Part shown: positions 60,532 through 64,000 of the stretch, piece after piece
How positions within the stretch are numbered: the stretch's first letter is position 1
Layout: every line of letters starts with the position of its first letter
Assembly (NCBI GenBank): GCA_024704765.1
Contig: JAKMXF010000338.1
Coordinates: 62,001-126,000 of the forward strand
Direction: 5' to 3'
DNA from: Oopsacas minuta
Taxonomy: Eukaryota; Animalia; Porifera
DNA: 64,000 nucleotides
Made by a program: the position numbers and the translations under genes
Notes under the pieces: generated by a model
What the model saw: only the letters and a program-made list of their open reading frames with translations
What the model was told of the DNA's origin: nothing
Database searches by the model: none

Positions 60532-61294
60532 TATATGGTTTTGAATTAACTAAATAATTCCCATGCATAATGAAATATAACAACAAATTTAACAGGACAT
60601 ATTTCGGGCTGTTAAGTAACCAAAAATTCCTTTCATGAATTTCTTTGAGACTTCGTATAGTCAACTGTTTATAAACTGTACAATATAAACAGTTGACTAC
60701 ACGAAGATACAAAAATATTCATAAAAATAATTTAAAGATTACACAATTTATGTATTATTCTCTTTACGACTAGCTTTCTCTCCATGGCAACGGGAAAATA
60801 TGTACATTCCAGAAAACCTCTTGCTCATTCTTGCTGTTTCATCCGTTGGTGGTTATAACTCAACTAAATTTCAGGGACACTGATAGCTTGGAAATGTACA
60901 AAGCTCTATTATAATATAGGTCATGCTAAGGCGTATAAGTTAGAATGATTAGAATATCAAAAGCGTCAATTTCTTTTGAAGAAGCAAAATACTCATTACT
61001 TAAGTAAAATTCAGAATTTCCGTTTCATCAAAACGTGGTTGATTAAGAAAAATTTGAATTTTTGGAAGTCGATCACTGTGAAGTAATTGCTTGGAAATGA
61101 AATGTGGGGTTTGTACTCTTGTATACTTACTATACGAGCATCCCAAATTGATAATATGTTGATAATTCTGTTTGGACAAACGTATAAGTTGGTCAAATAT
61201 AGCTGTTTAGATGCCATTCGATGATGACATAAACAAAATAAACTTAAGTGAGAGAAATCTATATTAAGTCACAATAGTTGACCCATATGCAGTA

Positions 61295-62625
61295 CAGGGT
61301 GTTTCAAAAGTCTTGGCACCTCGAGTAACGTAAAATATATAATACAAAACACACACACACTATCGATTTTATTGGCCAATATAATCACCATCCAATTCTA
61401 TTACTTTTCTAATCCTATCAGGCAGGCCACTAACTAAATTATTAAAATATGAGCATCAATACTGACCCAGGCCAATTTGAAGTTCTGAATTAGGTTCTCA
61501 ATTGTGCTCACTTGACCTAACTTATCCACCCTATCAGTTCATATAGACCATAAATCCTCGAAAGGATTAAGGTCAGGAGAGTTGGCTGGACACTCGGCTT
61601 TCTTCCAAAAGCGGGGGAAATTGTTTGTGGACCATTCTTGCGTAGCTTTAGCCGTGTGTGCTAAAGCACCGTCCTGCATGAATAAAAAACTCAACATGTT
61701 TAACAACATTGATCTTTCCACAATGCTACTTGATTTAGAAGAACAGCCAATGGCATCAAGACAAGTAACCTCTAGTATATTATCACGGTATTATGCTGCC
61801 TCTACAGATTGCTTTTGAGGAATTATGTGCAATTCTGACAAGACACGGTGCAACATCATGTCCCATACCATGACTTTAGCAAGAAACTTCACATTGAAAA
61901 CTGGGCTGATATCTTCACCATTTTTGCTCCACACTCTATGGTTCTGTTGTTTTGGTGTTGAATATAGTTCGAAGGACGATTCGTCCGACAAAAGAACCTT
62001 TCTCCAATCTTCAATAGTCCAATCCTTATGATTGTGGGCGAACAAAAGCCGATTTCCCTTGATCCTCTCAGTTTTCGCGGGATTTGGGGCCGTTTGAATC
62101 TTCTAGCATCAAGATTTTTTGTCAGATGTTGAAGAAGAAGCAGAATAGCCCTTTTCGGCTAAGCTCTTGGCAATATTTCGGGTTGAATGTCTTCGTTTCT
62201 CCAAAGAATCCGCTATTACTATTTTAGCGGCCTGAATTAAAGTTTTCGGAAGGCCAGACCTTACCTTTGTCTCTAATTAATGACCACATTTAGTTACTGC
62301 CCACCATCTTTTAACGGAACGTAATCCAGCACCTAACCTCAGAGCAACATCTTTCAGTGATACACCAACTTCCAGCATGCTTATTGCATTAGAACGGACT
62401 GCAATTCCATGCTCTCCGACATTCATTATTCTAGTGTTTACGAATTACAAAAACAACGAAAAAATTGTGATTATCGACAATATATAAGGTATTAGGATGA
62501 ATAATGCGTTAGAATACTTGAACTGACATTGTAATAAGGTACTTTTCAGATCCAACAGTATTCACATTGATAAACTAGATAGATGGTTTCATTAGAATAG
62601 GTGCCAAGACTTTTCTAACACCCTG
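61295..62625 (-). mobile_element. Tc1-like DD37E element, full length, pseudogenised
   Basis: TIRs CAGGGTGTT...AAAAGTCTTGGCACCT; TA TSD; VLLSDESSFEL (61791-62045), FMQDGALAH...NSPDLNPFEDLW (37 spacing). Confidence 0.92.
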
Positions 62626-64000
62626 TATATTGTTTTGAAGTATGTAGTCAATGAAATACGTTACAGAGCATAGAATGAATTTTAGAATCTATATGCTATA
62701 ACTTCTTAGTGACATGTAAGACGAATCATATGGCAAATTGGCAGAAGAAGTAGAGACAAAATGGATGAACAAAAATAAACAGGAAATGGAAACAACAAAC
62801 GAAAATTCAACGAAAAAAAACTCAAATTAGAACGGACATAAACATCCGCTCAGAAGGATGAATTGTACACAATTCACCTTTCACTACACCCCATCACAAG
62901 GAAATACAAAGTTCAAATGACAAATACTATGTAAGTTCCAAGAAACATACTTTCGAGAATAACGTCTTCGACACAATTTCCCATTTCGCAAAATTTCCAA
63001 CTCTGTTTGTATCAATGAATTGTGCCCTTGCTATGTGATTTCTTCCGACGAGAAATAGCTCCAGTAGCAGATCGAGGCCGTGTACTACTATCAATTTTCT
63101 TCCCTTCACTAACCAACTCAACATTCGATCGGGTCATACTCACTTCACAACATAACTCACTGTCACGCAGAGTTGGTTTCCTCTTATGCACCTTTGATTC
63201 AGAAACTGACTCCATATCAGAATGAGACTCGCAATTCTCTCCCATTATACTCACACGTGAAGAAATACGAGATGCTTCTTGATAATTGACATCATCCGAT
63301 TTGAAAAGATAGTAAACTGTCGGTTTATTGTCTCCACTACCTGTTGACAATATTTCTCAGCAGCCCTATATATAATATCCTCAAATTGTTTATCATAAAG
63401 TTTCCTCGTCGGTAATTCATAAACGTCTTGATAGCATGCAACATCTTGGTACATAATAAAATCCTGATTGACATTCTTATCTAACTGAACCTCATCATGT
63501 GTGCGAGTTTGGTTTCTAGGTAAGCATGGCCAGATGGATAGATTTCAACAGTTGGGTGGAATGTCACACTTCTGTGTATATTAGCCAATGAATTTGCTCC
63601 GTATGCCAGGATAACCTCAGAGGAAGTAACTCCAACAACTGAAGCATCACATGCTTCATTGGTTTCACGAACAAATGGTCATCATCTAAAATGTGAGAAC
63701 ATACCGCTGGTTCAGTATCTGTAGTTGCATTGGGACTGGTACTAGTTCGTCTATTCCTATGATAATGCCGTTCCAAACAAGGAATTCTATTGATTATCCT
63801 TTCCATAGTAGTCTTTTGAATTAAAGATTCCACAAAGAAGAGAAAACCAAATTTCATCCATCTTTTCGAAAATAATCGCTCGCTTGAGTAGTGAATATCG
63901 CAAAGGGTACATGAACAAGTTATATTAGCTAATTTCTTAAAATGGGGAAAACATACAAATTTATCAATTTGGAAGGTCAAGCAAGTTTAATAACTACCGT

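Overview
AT-rich eukaryotic (animal-like; species not determinable from sequence alone) DNA that is almost entirely a nested graveyard of DNA transposons. I can delimit about 30 elements or fragments: Tc1/mariner (DD34E, DD37E, DD37D/maT, DD34D, pogo DD30D), hAT (Buster, Ac-like, ZMYM/DUF4371-type, and a divergent long-TIR type), P/THAP, Merlin, PIF/Harbinger, piggyBac, Transib/RAG1-like, plus an L2-type LINE 3' end, foldback MITEs and two minisatellites. Only one long ORF is intact: an 820-aa hAT transposase inside a complete element with a perfect 8-bp TSD. The only recognisable host-type gene is a caspase pseudogene. The standout is a complete but decayed 2,922-bp RAG1-like transposon at 36003-38924. 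It has a 5-bp TSD (CATCT), both ends start with the exact RSS heptamer CACAGTG, and a shared inner 12-bp box lies 23 bp from the heptamer at one end and 14 bp at the other. Its transposase carries a region resembling the RAG1 nonamer-binding domain, and no RAG2-like gene is visible. All family assignments come from motifs read by eye; no database search was run.
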